Numbered from the whole stretch's first letter, positions 34,901-49,174 are shown. The stretch is DNA of 63,963 nt, filler included, from Atractiella rhizophila (GCA_021432655.1; 4 parts of 4 records of this genome joined end to end with filler, not necessarily neighbours in it), one strand, 5' to 3'. The notes: generated by a model not told the origin, from the sequence alone. Translations and numbers: made by a program.

Positions 34901-37900
34901 GTTGAATGCAGGATAGTGAGGTTGCCTTATTTCGCCTCGCAACAACAGGACTAATGCCCTATCCTCATCACTGTCCACAGGAGAGGGCGGGTATGATCGG
35001 GCTTCTTCTTCACTGTACTCCTCAGGGGAGGGCGAACGCTGTCTCCAATGTCGTCGAGCTGGTTGTGACGATATAGACAGTAAAGAGCTTCAACGGCGCC
35101 ACTGACACTGACGAGGAGCCCTAGTTGATCTTGTCTCATGTTGAGGTGGAGTAGGTGGAGTAGGATGAAAATGTGCAGGGCGTCGCCTCTCTCTTACAGG
35201 TCGACCTTGGTGTAGTGGTGCCTCCTGCTGCAGACACTGATAAGAAAGGCACACCCCTCATTCCGCAAATAGCAAGTCTGTTGCAAAGCTTATTTTTCTC
35301 ATTCTCCTCTGAATACATCTCAGACCCAACAAAAGAGCACCAATGAATGGTGTCGATGTTCTGCGCCAAAATGTTGTTCATACACTTTGTTTAAATGACT
35401 GGCGGCAATTAAACAATATGAGTAACGTATTTGATTCATGTGGATTGATTTTGGCCGACGACATGGCAGAGGAGGTGAAGAAGAGAAAGGGATGTTGCGC
35501 GATGTCGACAATGATGGGGGGATGTTAAGAGCGAGGGAGAGTTGGAACTTGTAAGCATTGGGGTGAGCATCTCTGTTCTGCTCCGTTGTCCAGCTGGTTG
35601 TGGCACTTAGTTGAAACCAGTCCTCTTCAGCGTCTTCATGTGATTTCGATTGCATTGGAACTTTGCCAACTTCGTTGCGCTCACCGGCTCTTCTCTTTGT
35701 TGGCTGTCATTTTCAACTTCAGTACTGCTTCAGTTCTCAAGTAATAGGTTTTAAAATGCTCAGAAAAGCTGTATTTGCTATATTTTAACCCCTGTTCTAA
35801 ATCCTTTTGGACCCTCTCATGCTTAAATGTTGTCGAGCACTTGATCTGTGTCCAGACTACTCCACAAAACGTCTTGCAATCACAATAGAGGCTTCCTTAC
35901 TCCTTGTTATGCTCATTCTCTCTTATTTCATCATTTATCATACACTGACACATGTTGTTATCATATAGTTTGCTTCCGAGTGAATGCCATGTGAAGCTAT
36001 TACTTCGACAAATTCTGCTTCCCAACTTCTTTCAAAATGAATACATCTCAGCCTCTCTTCGATCCTATGAGCGATTTTCTTTTCCCCAGAGGTCAGGATC
36101 GATCTGACCATGTTAATGACCATTCCAACGTTGCAATGGAGCAAGGTCAGTTCTCTGGCCAACTCCAATTCTTTCTGATCAATTTCTTTCAGGGCATTAT
36201 TTTAGCAATCTTAAGGCCGAGACAGCATCGCTACAGGCCTTTTTCCTTACTGAGATGGCTGCAATTTGAAAAGCTAACCAGGCGATACTTTTTGAAGCAG
36301 GTAAGATAACATGATGCGACTTTTACTGAGGATCAAGTGCTTAGAATGAAAAGTACCGAGCTTGTGAGTATTTCAATTTTTAAGGGGCCTATCTGCATAT
36401 GAGTTTCAGGGAAAATACTACAACTGCTTTGTCACTCCGCTCCCCTGTGGTTATAACAAATTCATCCACCCTGTCTCTTCCCTCCAGCACTCTCCATGCA
36501 AGTCAAGCAGTTCTACGGGAGCAGTTTTTGGAGGGAGGTCGACTCAAGGTATTGATGCATGCCTTTGTCGTGTCCTCCAGGTAGCAGGATGCCGTCATAT
36601 TGTTTCAGCTCTTCTTGAGAAGTCGGGGAGGTCCATGAATGCAGGTGCTGCCATGCTTCGGTCTGGACGAGTTCGGCGTGTGCTCGCTTGGCTTCAGCTG
36701 TCGCCCCCTTTTATGATTCATCTCCTTAGCATCCTGAAGAAAAACAATAAATGGACTGCAAACCATCAAGACGGCAAAAGTCCATTGATCATCCGTTGGT
36801 CGCATGTCGCTGGCTTTCCATCTTCCTTCGCAAAGTCCACTTGAACTCCTTTTCCAAGGAATCGAGCAGAGGAAGAAAGCAGGAACCGGTAAGGACAAAG
36901 CTACGTGGCAAAACTACACTGAAACATCAGCGGAATGTACGACGAGTTGATGGATTTGTACTTCAGTCTGTTAGACGGAGCACCCTTTATGCAAACTTCC
37001 AGTTCAGAGGGATTCTTGTGCAGACATTTGCTTCATTCTCTGATAGGTCTGTAAGAATGAGCAGAGCTCTTCGGAACGGGTTGAGGCACTCGTAAGTTAG
37101 CATCCCTTCACATGGACGAACACGACCGTCACCAGGTAAACATTCACATTATGCCGTTCACTTCACCCTGCTTCGAGTCCAAGAACCTCAATCATTGACA
37201 CAGACATGATGCATCAAGTAGCAGTCTGCAGTCTCCGTCAAGTTCATAGTTCACTACTTCGGTATTTTTTATGCAGCCACAAAAGCGCGCTGCTGGTGCC
37301 TGTGCGTGTGGATACGAAGACAACGGGAAGAGTAGCAAGAAAAGAGCATAAACATAACAATGGAGACTGAAGAATGTCAGAGTTTGGCACCGTTTTAAGC
37401 TGCATTCGTGCCACTCATTTGTGGCTCTAGTTTTCTTTCCCCTTTGCCGTTTCCCTCATTTTGCCGAGTTCCTTAAGGTATAAAAAGCCCATTACAACTT
37501 CATTGTAATTCATTCCTTTCGACCCTTGGAATCAACAAAGAATACTCAAGAAACACACCTGGAATGACGAACTTTCCCCTGTTCTTCCGCAGCAAATATC
37601 AAAATAGATACCCTTTCCTATTTCTTCGCCTGCCAGGGACCCAGGTTTTGCACCGCGATTGACTTTCAGGTGGCCATGCATGTGCCACATTTGCCAACTT
37701 CGGACGTTCAGATCCAGCATTGAGAGAACTTCATAGCTTTATCAACGGTGTTGCCTGAGTGAGACCTCGAGGGAATGGCAGACTCCCGAATAGACGGAAG
37801 GATTTTGTACTGCTAGATTGATTAAAAAAGTTGGTGCGTGTCCCGATTTCAGGAGAGCATTTGGGTGCACATGCAGGGGACACTCTTTCAGCTTTGACTG

Positions 37901-38143
37901 TCTTAGAATGGATCCGGTCCATTCCTCCATGTCTTCTGCTTCTGCTTCTGTAATTCACGATCTTGACGTGTACCTGGACGGCGTCGTGTTGTTATTGATT
38001 TAATGCTCAGCTGTACGCTAAGGAAGTGAGCCAAAGCAAGATTGACGCCTCTGACTGTCCCATGAGAGACCTGGTCTGAATTAGGAGTATCCTATTCACT
38101 GATTCGGAAACAGAAACGAAAATTTGGTGAAACTTTATTTCAA

Positions 38144-38481
38144 TGTTGTTGGAAATGGAAATGTGAATCGGGAAGCAGACACGACAGACTGGAACACACC
38201 ACACTAACTTATGCATGTTTTGTTTATTGCGGATTTATCTTTGCATTTCACTCCTCCGCTCTGCAGCACTATTAAAGCTTTCTTCCTTTCTTATTCGTTT
38301 CCTTTTCCCCACCACTTTCCGTTTATCTTACTCATATCGTTTTGTACGTGGCTGGGGAATTTAGGTACGCATATCTATTGTAATGACGAACCACTTTCCG
38401 TTTATCTTACTCATATCGTTTTGTACGTGGCTGGGGAATTTAGCTCCCTTGGTTAGCCAAATTCTCACTTGGTAGCGAGAG
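38144..38481 (+). mobile_element. 5' LTR (ends ..CTCA at 38467) and PBS TGGTAGCGAGAG (38470-38481) of copia 2
   Basis: CA end, 2-nt spacer, TGGTAGCG PBS typical of initiator tRNA-Met priming, gag ATG at 38518; LTR start uncertain; internal 54-bp direct repeat. Confidence 0.7.
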
Positions 38482-38517
38482 GCTCGTTATACGATCCAAG
38501 ACGAATCCACGACCGAT

Positions 38518-41500
38518 ATGGATGCAACGGGGCCTACGACGGGCAGACGAGCTGTCTCTAGACAAGAAACTCCTACCGACGATCTCGTTCAACCTACGAA
38601 TTTCAGCGTCCCATACACCGTTTCATCCTCCACGAAACTCAGCTCTGAATTGTTGATTGGAAACAAAATTTCCATCAATAAAGACGAGATACCAGTTCTC
38701 AGCCCGGCAAACGCGACGAAATGGTTTCGAGGGATCAAAAACACCCTTCAGCAGAACTCAGTCGGACTTCTTCTTGAAGGAATCATCACGGAGCCTGTCA
38801 ATCCGCAATCAGCAGACGGACTCACTTTAACCGAAATTCAAGAAGCGAGCGCGAAGGGAGAGGGATATGTGACTAAAGAGACGACGGCGGAAGACATGGA
38901 GAAGTACATCAAGGCCCTCATGAACTTCCAGAAGATGAGAGCGATCGCCATGTCGATACTCAAAGAAGCGGCAGGGGAGACAGCGAGAGTCTTCATCGAG
39001 GGGCTGGAAGATCCTGTAGAGGCGGTGAAGATTCTGAAAGAGAAGTACGGTTCACAAGAATTTATCGACGTCGCATACCTGCTCAAGCAACTCCTCAACT
39101 TCGCCCACAATCCAAATGAATTGCCGTTGTCACAATGGATCGCGAAGCTCCACGAACGAAGAAGGCAGTTTCACGAAGTCCAAGACGCTGTGAAGATAAA
39201 TGATCAATTCTTCGCCCTTATCCTCATCAATGGCCTAACCGATGAAACCAGAAGATGGCTATCCTCCACGGGAACGACGCAGACTGACCTTGCGGCAGTA
39301 GTGCAGAGGCTGACGATGGAAGAGGTGGCTCTGAGGACCAGAGAGGAGGAAAGGGGGAGTTCGAGGGGAAACATCGCGTTGGTCGCAAGGATGAGTGATT
39401 CGTACTCCAAGGCCACGAACGTACCTCTTGTAAACCGCATGTCCATTCCTGAATCGACCTCATCCCAAAGGACGAATCAAAGCACCCGGAGGACGAATTC
39501 ACAATATGGAAGCGGCTCCCTTTCCATGCTCAATGTCCTAGCCCCAAATGCTCGAGAAGTGCCAAACTGGGAGAAATGGCCACACGGAGTGACTGGAGTG
39601 GGAAAATTCAGAGTGGGGAACCGACAATGTTTCAACTGTGGACAAGACGGCCACTTTGGAAAAGCATGTCCCCACCCTCGTGAGGAACAGGCAAAATCTC
39701 TCAACAGAGTCTTCAAGATCTACGGAATCAACCTACCTCAACGAGATGGACGGGCTTTGGTCTCAAGAATCTCAGACCACGACACCTCGGATGCTTCTGC
39801 TGTCATCTCGAATGTACAACCTCAAGCCCTATTCGCCACGAGCGACTATTACGATGACGAGCTCGAAACTGTGGACTTTGGAGCCTACATGGTGACGATG
39901 GAGGGTGGTAGGTCTGAGGAAGAGGAGGCACTAAGGAGGGAGTCGATCTCTGTGGTGGAAGGGACGGAGAGAGCGTTGCTGATCCGCACTCTGGTGCATG
40001 TGAAGGAGCGACTCATGGAAGGAGATGGAGCGACCCTGCAGTTGCAGAAGGTGGATGCATACGAGGACGACCTTCATTTCAAGTTGACTCTACTACGACT
40101 AGGCGACTGGGAAGCGAACTATGAGCATCAACGAGCCTTTAGGAGGACTTTGGCTTCACTCATCGATTTGGCCCTGCTCAATCCCGGCCTCCTATCCTCC
40201 CCAGGGGACGAGCAAATGAATAACGAATTCGAAGCTCTCGAGCAAGGAGAAGACGCAGGTAACGCTCACGATCCTCCCACCACGGATGGAGCTCAGGACA
40301 CGGATTCCGACTCAAATCCTCCCTCCCTCACGGACCAAGCAGACGTTGTGACTGCAATGTTCATTGGAGAATCAGTTGCGGCGGACTCTCCTTTCTACGT
40401 CGACACGGGAGCGTCTTTTCATCTCACGGTGGACAGAGAACTCCTGCACGGATATAGAGAGTTGGAGCGACCTATTGTCATCAAGGGGGCTTTTGGGAGC
40501 ATGGGGAGAGCGATAGGGGTAGGAAATCTCGTTGCAGTGTTTACGCTGTCAGGTGGGAGAAGGACCACTGGAACGTTCACCAACGTCTACTACGCTCCGA
40601 GCCTTGGGGTGAATTTGCTCGCACCGACCATCTTGATGCAACAGGGCGTGACGGTTACTAACGACACCCGCAAGATGTATTTCCATGGGAGGGATGGAAG
40701 GATGTTTGGCGAGGCTGTCTTCGAGCGTGGATTGGTTACCCTTCAGGCGAGTTTCATCCCTCCATCCCCCACCCTGTCCTCTCCACCTTTGTCCTCGATC
40801 GATTCTCATCCCTCCACTCTCATCGCAGTGCCGATTCGTACGTGGCACCAACGGCTAGGTCACCCAAGTAATGAGCGCTTGAAGCTTGCGTTGAAAAATG
40901 GTCTCTTATCTTCGAATTTGTTACGAAAATGCAATGAGAATCGGGTGAATCAGTGCATCGTATGTGCCCGGGGGAAAGCTCGATACGTTCGAAGCCGTGC
41001 GCCTGCACCAGTGAGAGATGACGTTCCAGGGAGGACTTTGGGGTTCGACACCTGGGGACCTGCTAGCGTGCAGAGTCTCCAAGGTTTTCGATATGTCTTT
41101 GGCGTGACATGTGAGGCTACTCGATACATGGTTGTAGGAGGGATGAAGCTCAAGTCGGAGGCATTGTCCAGATTGGAGGAAATCAGGATGGCGGTGAAGC
41201 GAGAGAAAGGGGTAGATCTGCGTACGATTCGACACGACCATGCATTGGAATTTACCTCACGGGCAGTTGAAGAATGGTGCAAACAACACAACGTTTCTTC
41301 GATGAAGACAATGGCATATTCACACGATCAGGCTGGTCTTTGGGAACGTCAATGGTACACCCTGTTCAACATCGTTCGTTGCATACTGCTTGAGTCTGGT
41401 CTCCCACTTTTTCTTTGGTACGAAGCTCTCAAGGTGGCCGTAAGGATGAAGAATATAATGCCGACCAAAGCCAATAAAGGAAGTCAATCACCGTATGAAG

Positions 41501-43700
41501 CATTTCATGGGAAGAAACCAGACGTCGAACACTTACGAGTATTTGGATGCTTGGCTGCAGTCACAACCATGCCTGAGCAGAGGGTCTCGAAACTGTTACC
41601 AAGGGCGACGCGGATGTACTTTGTAGGGTACGTGGAGGATGGGTATGGTTGGCGATTCTGACACCCAGAAAAGAGACGCATAGTGGAATCAAGATCGGCT
41701 ACATTCTTTGAAGATCAGTTCTACACTGGTAGGACGGACGAAGAAACAGACCTGATCCGTGCTGCCCAGCCTGAGGACTTCTTTCCCCTCATCTACGGCG
41801 GCGGTGGAGCAGGATCGTCAAGAGATGGTGATGTGGAGGGGGAGTTTGGAGGGAAACGGGTCCCTGAGCCAACGAAGCGACAAGAACCGATTATCCCTGC
41901 AGAACAATCAGCACCACCATCACCAACCCTAGCGATGAGACACTTACCAAATCCACAAATGCCTACGAGGGATACAGAACCCGCTATGGCTCCAGAGGAG
42001 GACGTGAGGAGGAGGACGGAGGAGGAGGACGTCACGGTCCGCCAACGAGTTCAGCAGATTGAGGGATCAATACGTCGTGAACAGGACGAAAGGGAACGAC
42101 AGATTCACTTTTCACCATACCGTCAGTTACGCAGGCAGAAACGAGAATGGGATTACAAACGCCTACACGAACGAGGGGTTTACTGGGTGAAGTCGCTCGA
42201 AGACGGGGGGCCGGTGGACATGCGAACATGCATCGATGCTCTCAGACAGGAACTGGAGGAGAGACCGGATACTTTCATCAACACAACCAAATCGAATGTC
42301 GCGGATGGAGAAGAAGAAGGGGAGGTGTATTGGACGGGTAATATGGACGAACCCACCTTCAAAGCTGCCATCAATGGACCCGATCGTGTCCATTGGATTG
42401 CAGCAATGATCGCGGAGATAGCAGCCCTCGAAGCGACTGGAACCTGGACTGGCGGAACGGTACCTTTGCCCTCTGGAAGGAGACCGCTTGGAGTGAAGTG
42501 GGTACTGTTGATCAAGAGGGATCCCGAGGGGAACGTCATCAAGTACAAAGCGCGCCTGGTTGTACGGGGAGATCAGCAGAAAGAAGGGGTGGATTACAAT
42601 GAAGTTTGGGCACCTACCTGCAGATCCGCTTCTGTGCGCGCGGTTGTGGCCCTCTCTGCTCAGCTGCGCATGTACCGCTACCAATTCGATGTCTCTAATG
42701 CGTTCCTTAATGGCGAACTCGAGGAAGAAGTGTACATACGACAGCCACAGGGTTTCGTCGACAAGGACAGACCGAACGAGGTATATCGACTGAGGAAGGC
42801 TCTGTATGGTCTTTGTCAGGCTGGAAGGCAATGGTGGAAGAAAATACAGGAGGTGTTCACGGGATTGGGTTTTAAGCGAACGGAAGCAGACCACGGCGTA
42901 TACGTCCTTCGCAAGGATGCCGACTTCCTCATCCTTTGTCTCCACATCGACGATGGACTGGTGGTGTCTACGAGCGAGGATCTTGTAGTGGACATTTTTG
43001 CGCAGTTGGCGTCCTACTTCAAACTCCAGACGGGAGAGGCGAAGGTGTTCCTCGGGATACAGATAGAAGGTGACGAACTGAGGGGATGCGTACGGATGCA
43101 CCAGGCAGGGTACGCGAGACGCCTGATCGAAAAATACGTCGGAACCAAGGTTTCCCCGGTATCTATGCCTTGCGACGCGAGCAGGAGGTTGTCAGCGGAT
43201 TTGTCACCGCGAACGGCTGAGGAAAGGACTTACATGGCATCAGTCCCATACCGCGAGGCTGTAGGAGCGTTGATCTACCTCACCACATGCACCCGCCCAG
43301 ACATCGCCTTTACCGTCTCCGAAGTGGCACGTTATTGGGAGGATCCGGGGGAGCAACACTGGATCGCGATTAAGCGGATTTTCAGATACCTCGCTGGGAC
43401 CCTCGACTATGCCCTTGTCTACGATGGCTATCGGTATCCGAACCCGTTTCCAGACGCTTTTGTGGACGCAGATCATGCTGCTGATCCGCACACACGCCGG
43501 TCTGTGTCAGGAGTACTCTTTCGAAGTGCTGGCGCCGCAATCTCCTGGATATCGAAGCGCCAGTTGGCTGTCGCGATCTCCTCCACGGAGGCTGAATACG
43601 TTGCATTATCGCTCGCCACGAGGGAGGCAGTCTGGTTACGTCGCCTATACTCCGACCTAGGATTCCCGCCCACCTCACCCACCATAATACGAGGGGATAA
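38518..43700 (+). mobile_element. Ty1/copia retrotransposon 2: gag-PR-IN-RT-RNaseH, one in-frame TGA at 41659, 3' end lost in gap
   Basis: CFNCGQDGHFGKAC; YVDTGASFH; WHQRLGHP..CIVC; DTWGP, IRHDHALEF; KYKARLVVRG, FDVSNAFLNG, LYGLCQAG, LHIDDG, TRPDI, VDADHA, SSTEAEY; copia domain order. Confidence 0.97.
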
Positions 43701-44590
43701 NNNNNNNNNNNNNNNNNNNNNNNNNNNNNNNNNNNNNNNNNNNNTTAATTAATTAANNNNNNNNNNNNNNNNNNNNNNNNNNNNNNNNNNNNNNNNNNNN
43801 GAAGTAAATACTAGATATTGATATTGTCAAGAGATCCAGAGTTGATGATAGTTGGTGCAGGCTACAAAGTCGGAAGCAAAAACACCCGTCGACATCCCAC
43901 ATTCGCCATCTATCCACCCAACTACTACCTATTTCCTAAAATCTTATTCATTCATCAATAATCACATACATTCACGAGTTTCCCTTATTCTCGCCTTTAG
44001 AAGTCAAAAAATCAAATGCTGTGCTCCCACCTGTGTGTGGTATGGAGTCTGTCTCGAAGGTGATCTTGGAATCATTAGGATACTTGCACTTCGATTTAGA
44101 CCCCTGAGGAATTCTCCACCTTTGCTATCGTTGTCGTGTAATTTCTCGTGCATAGTTTTGTCGTGCACAACTGTTGAAGTAGTCACAACAAACGCTGGCA
44201 CAACTTTCCTTTACAGCTTTAATTTACGCTCCCTTCAAGTTTCTGAGAGTGAATGGAGGGCACTTTTGTTTGCGTGAGGTCTAGATCGGCAATTTTCGTT
44301 TACAAACTACAAGATCCTGCGAGCTCAAGTTTTGCCCGACAACATTTGTAGTCTTCACCTTAGCACTTGCAAATTCTCATGCAAAATGAATTGCCAGTGT
44401 TCATCGCTACCCTTTACTCGGGGTCCTGCTCCTTCCATGACAGCGTGCTCGGCTCGTCCCTGCATGAAACAAGTAAACATCAGTGAATTGTAGAGGAGTG
44501 GTGAACTGCTTTCCACAATACCGTCCTTTTGTCTTCTGTCTTCCCTATAGGCCGCATACTAACCCTCTGAGGTCAGTTGCTAAATCCTTC

Positions 44591-46880
44591 ATGGCGTCTG
44601 ATAATTTTCCCGATTTTAGATTGAAGGCGTTCCTTCTCCCCCTCCCTTCGACGGACCCCACTCAAGTGGACACACCATTCCAATGGAACGCGGTGAATAT
44701 TGATCCAAAGGCAAAGATTACCGAAATACTACCATTGCTTCATGACTTGCCACAACGAGAAACCGACAAGAACATCGACGTCACGTACATCAACCACTTT
44801 AGAATCGACTTAGAACTGCTACCCTCCACCGTCAAAGCCCCCTTTTGGGAAACAATCGTGATTTCGAATGTAGCTGAACGGTATGCAATGTTTCATTACA
44901 ACGAGAAACAGGCTGATGCGAGTTAATAGGTCGGAGCAAACGGAGAAATTTGTCGACGATTTGAAGGTGTTTCTGCGATACATGTATCCCGCGAGAGCAC
45001 CAGCTCCAGCTACGATACAAATAGACAGAGATTTTTGTGCGTTTATACGTAGTTCTAGTCGTCCCAACTAACAAATAACTGGAGGCACACCGCTGGATGT
45101 TGTGCGCATCAAGTCCGAGGAAGAAGTTTTGGTGATCGTGGTACTCCTAGTGAGTGTGGCTCGTTTAACAACCAAGCTTGGAAAGCTAACACTGAGCAAA
45201 ACACATTGCAGCCGTCTGGTTCGCTGAGGGCGGAAGACTGGGAAGAAGAGTCACTGAACGATCATGGCGGGATTGCACTCAGTTACGCCTCATTTATGAA
45301 ATCGTTATCGATGAACCAGAAAGGAGAACAATTTCATGCCTTTTCAGATCTCAAGTCATCAGTCGTATTCCGTGGATCTCGTTACCTTGACTGCGCTTTT
45401 AAGCCTCGCCCGTATTTCCAAGTTATGGTTCTATTGAGTGAAGTATTTTCGCGAAAATGGGACACTTCAAGAGCCTCGTACTAAACTGGGCCAGCACGCT
45501 TCCCGGATGCACAAGCACTCGGTTGCACCAGAGACCAGAAGGCGAACTGGAATATAGACTTATCTTCGCACGCCAGGTTTTCGGACTTTAACCTCTACGA
45601 CGTTCAGAAACGTCGCCACTCGTCCTCAATATTTACGACGAGCGTTTGTTTCCGTATCCCGCATGGGAAAAGGTTGGACCAAAACCTGAAGATCTGCACC
45701 TTCGTCGTTGGCCAGATACGGATGCTTCGATGGAGAAAGAGGAAAAGGCGTACTCTGCTTTGCGGTTGCTTCAACGGTCAACTATTCCAAAATCTTACGG
45801 TTTCTACAACGTTTGATTCTTCCCCTTTCCTCTTTCTGGCTGAATGGACTGTTCGGTGGACATAGGTGCTGCTGAGCGACGGCCCCATTTGATGGAGTTT
45901 GTCGACGGCCCATGCCTGCACGATGTTCGGGTTAGACATCTGCCCGAGGCAGAACAACGAGATTTTGTGAGCTTCTTTCTGTGTCTTTGATTCAATTAAC
46001 ATGTTTTATTAGTTCACAAAAGGGATGATGGTGATTGCGGCGATCTTTCTGCTAGGAATTGTTCACGGTGATTTGGTTCAACGACCTGATCAGATCATCT
46101 GTCCGACCACTTCGCCCGACGTTGTCAATTTTGGACTTTGGAAATGCGAGTGAGTTGCAGATGGACGAAAGCACTCTTTTGTCGGATTTTGCGTGGAATA
46201 TTTATTTCAACCATGACTCTCCTTGTATGAGTTGCATGCTTGGATATGCTCTTGGCTGGCATGATGAAAAGGCTTATCCAGAACTTGACGTTATTACTAC
46301 ATGGGAGATATTGAGAGAGGTGGCTGGATGTCATAAAATAGATTAGGGAATAAGATGAACATGAAATCATTTCATGCAACCGAGGCAGTCAGCAGACGGA
46401 GACCTGAGATTCTTCTAAATTGTGCAAGGCTCTGCAATTCACTAGCGAACTTAAGCAAACTCGTTTTGGAAGGAATTTCTTTATGGTTTCTGCAGTTTTG
46501 GGTTCAGCCTCTGGAGATTTCTGAGGAGAAAGGTGAGTTCGTTCTACTGTTGCATACAAAATAATCGTGCCCAGTCTGTGCTTCTTCTTTCCCTTCACGA
46601 GACGCTTGAACAAGCAGTCATAATCATGGAAGACTTCGTGCTCATGCGGCAAAACTGTCCTCATTTTCAGGTTCTTGCCGTTTGAGGAGACTCTCCAACC
46701 AGGGAAGCGGGACGAGAACTTGAAAATTGGCACAATGTCAGAAGCCTTAAAGTATCTCGCACTGGAAATCGTTAGCATGCAATATATGCGAACTGCCAGT
46801 GGAGATCTTCTTATCACGGCGGGAAAATGAAGGTAGGAGAGTAAATCAGATTGCAAAATTTGTAATAGAAGAGGAATAGA
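44591..46880 (+). CDS. Hypothetical multi-exon gene, possibly degenerate
   Basis: Series of plus-strand ORFs with intron-like gaps; no family recognised; boundaries approximate. Confidence 0.3.
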
Positions 46881-47105
46881 TGTTTCTATTGTGGCGATAT
46901 AAATTTCGCAGCAAACCATATCTTGATTTTGATTCCATGTTTCAGCTCGTCAGCTTTACCATTGCTTACTGAAGTGAAGGGTAGGAAACGGACAGTTTTG
47001 AAGTCGCTAAGATGTGCAGGGATCGAAGGATTTGCAAAAGGACCAAAAGGATTGCAGATTGGTTACAATCGACATTACAATATCAGAAATCATTTGCCTT
47101 GAGCC

Positions 47106-49174
47106 TCAGTGGGTATTTATACATTCATATTCATAGTTTTCGAAAATGGCAGGGGTTTGACTCTTCTGTCCATTTCCAGTTGCAAACATTCCGATGATTG
47201 TGCCTACGGAAAGGTGAGCGCAAGTTTACATGAGAAGAGGAAAAGCACGTACCTGTGAATCCTCCACTAACTCTGCTAGCAGCCACCCTTCCAGCTTCCT
47301 TCCATTCTCCACTTTCCTCCTTAAACCAAAACTCATAATACATCCTCCTTCCAATCACCCTGAGATCGACTTTTCCGTCATCACTAAGCTCCTTGTAAAA
47401 ACAAGGATACTTATTGCTTGCGTCATTGCATAGCTCTCCTCCAGAAGCAATTCGAAGAACTCTCTTGGTGCCTTTCTTCACAGCAGAAGTGGATGCGTGA
47501 GAGAGCTTGGAGGAGGCAGATTGGATACGGAAGGGGATAAACTTGTCGCAGTCAAGGTACACAGCCAATCCTGCTTCTTCACCAGACCCAAAGTTGGGTA
47601 CAAAAGAGAGGGAAACGGTGACGGCAAATTCGACATCTGTCTGTCTCCTTCCTAGAATGGTGATCGGTCCATCACGAGCATCGAGTGAGTTTTCGGTGCC
47701 GAATAAACTCGCTTTCCTTCCTTCAAACTTGAAGTTATCCAGTATCGGATTGCGAAGAAACAAGAGATCGATTGGCACCTCGCCGAGGAGTCCTGTCCCG
47801 AAATTGTAAAGCTTCTTTTCTCCATTTTTGAGCTTCCTTATCCCTCCGTCATATTCTTCCTTGATCAGCTCATACTCAGCCTCCATAACCACCTTGATCG
47901 GTCCATGCCAGACAGGGAACTCTCCCTTCTTCCAAGTAACCGGCAGGACATGTGTCTCCCTCCCCATGGGAAACGAGTAGATTCCTGACCGAACGGCGAG
48001 GGCACAAGCCCACCACTTTTCAGTATCGCCTTCTTCGGCAGGGAACAGGTCAGCGTGTCCAGTGCATGTGATATAATTTGGATGTTTGGGATCGACCGTA
48101 ACTTCGTGAGAAGGGGGAGAAGCGAGAAGCGGATTGTTCGGGGTGCCTTCGTATGGTCCCCACAAATCTTTTGATCTCGCCATCGCCGCCTGGTGATTCA
48201 ACTCCGTCCCACCTTTCCAAAGGTGTAAGCTACTATGCTACCTGAATAAACTGACTCACCTTCAGCAACGAGGAGGTAGAAATAACCATCGCGGTAGAAG
48301 ATGTGAGGTGCTTCGGGAACCCATACTCCTGTTCCTTTCCAGATGCACTTCGGAGGTCCAGAAAGGCTTTCTCCAGTCTTCAAGTCGACTTTAAACTGCA
48401 AAATCTCAGGGACAAACTGCGCTCCCGATGGTTAACGATGACTACTGAATGATTGATCAGAGAGACGAACAGCGTCATCCCATCCTATCGAGCCATACGA
48501 TGTGCCCTGTACGTATGCGCTTCCATCGCCGTTTGGAGATGTGTCGAAGAAGAGAGACGTGTCAAATCCATTCAGCGTAAAGTGTACCGGATCTGACCAT
48601 GGACCTGTCGGGTCAGAGGCAGTGAAGATAACCTGCCAAGATTTAGTTTCAAAAGAATAAGAATTGAGAAAGGGGCAGCTACGTTTTCATACTTCCTCTG
48701 ATCAGGACATTCGTATTGGACGTGTACATTGCAGACAGAAACGTAGAACAATCCATCATGGAACCGAATGGTTGGCGCCTAAGATTACGATATTAGAGGG
48801 ATGAGGAAACCGCTCTAGGGACGCACCCAAATACCGCCACAATGTCCTGGAGGGGAGATGGTGCATTTAAGCAGGTCGATTTGCTCCGGCCTCGAAATCA
48901 CATTCCCTGCCGATCAAGTAATGAGCACAAGCGAAGAGTAGGAGGACGGAACATACCGACGTGTTTCCATGGACCTCGTGGATCTTTCGACGCGTAGATG
49001 GGGATGCCAGGGAACCAGAGGAACGAAGAGGTGACCAGGTAGAAGGTACCATTATGAAGGATACAAGAGGGATCGGGATTGAATCCAGGAACTAACGATC
49101 GAAAATCGTCAACCTCAGCGCAGGTGCCTGCGATCTAAGGGCGAAGACTCACTGACGGGGTTAGCGTATGCCAT
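47106..49174 (-). CDS. Glycoside hydrolase family 43 (beta-xylosidase/alpha-L-arabinofuranosidase type) with C-terminal beta-sandwich; no signal peptide
   Basis: NPV|IPGFNPDPSC, YLVTSSF.WFPGIPI, GGIW|APTIRFHDG, GPWSDPV, PEAPHI..DGYFYL, GPYE..PNNP, GHADL, MGRET, RRQT, GGFTG. Confidence 0.93.

Noticed and set aside
35900..37260. Short ORF fragments
   Set aside because: Look like decayed gene remnants; could not assign product or boundaries
42163..43101. 312-aa antisense ORF in copia RT
   Set aside because: Shadow ORF of a long coding frame; no recognisable motifs
43814..43838. Resemblance of the complement string to an I-CeuI/rRNA site (TAACTATAAC..)
   Set aside because: Only ~10 bp match, no rRNA context
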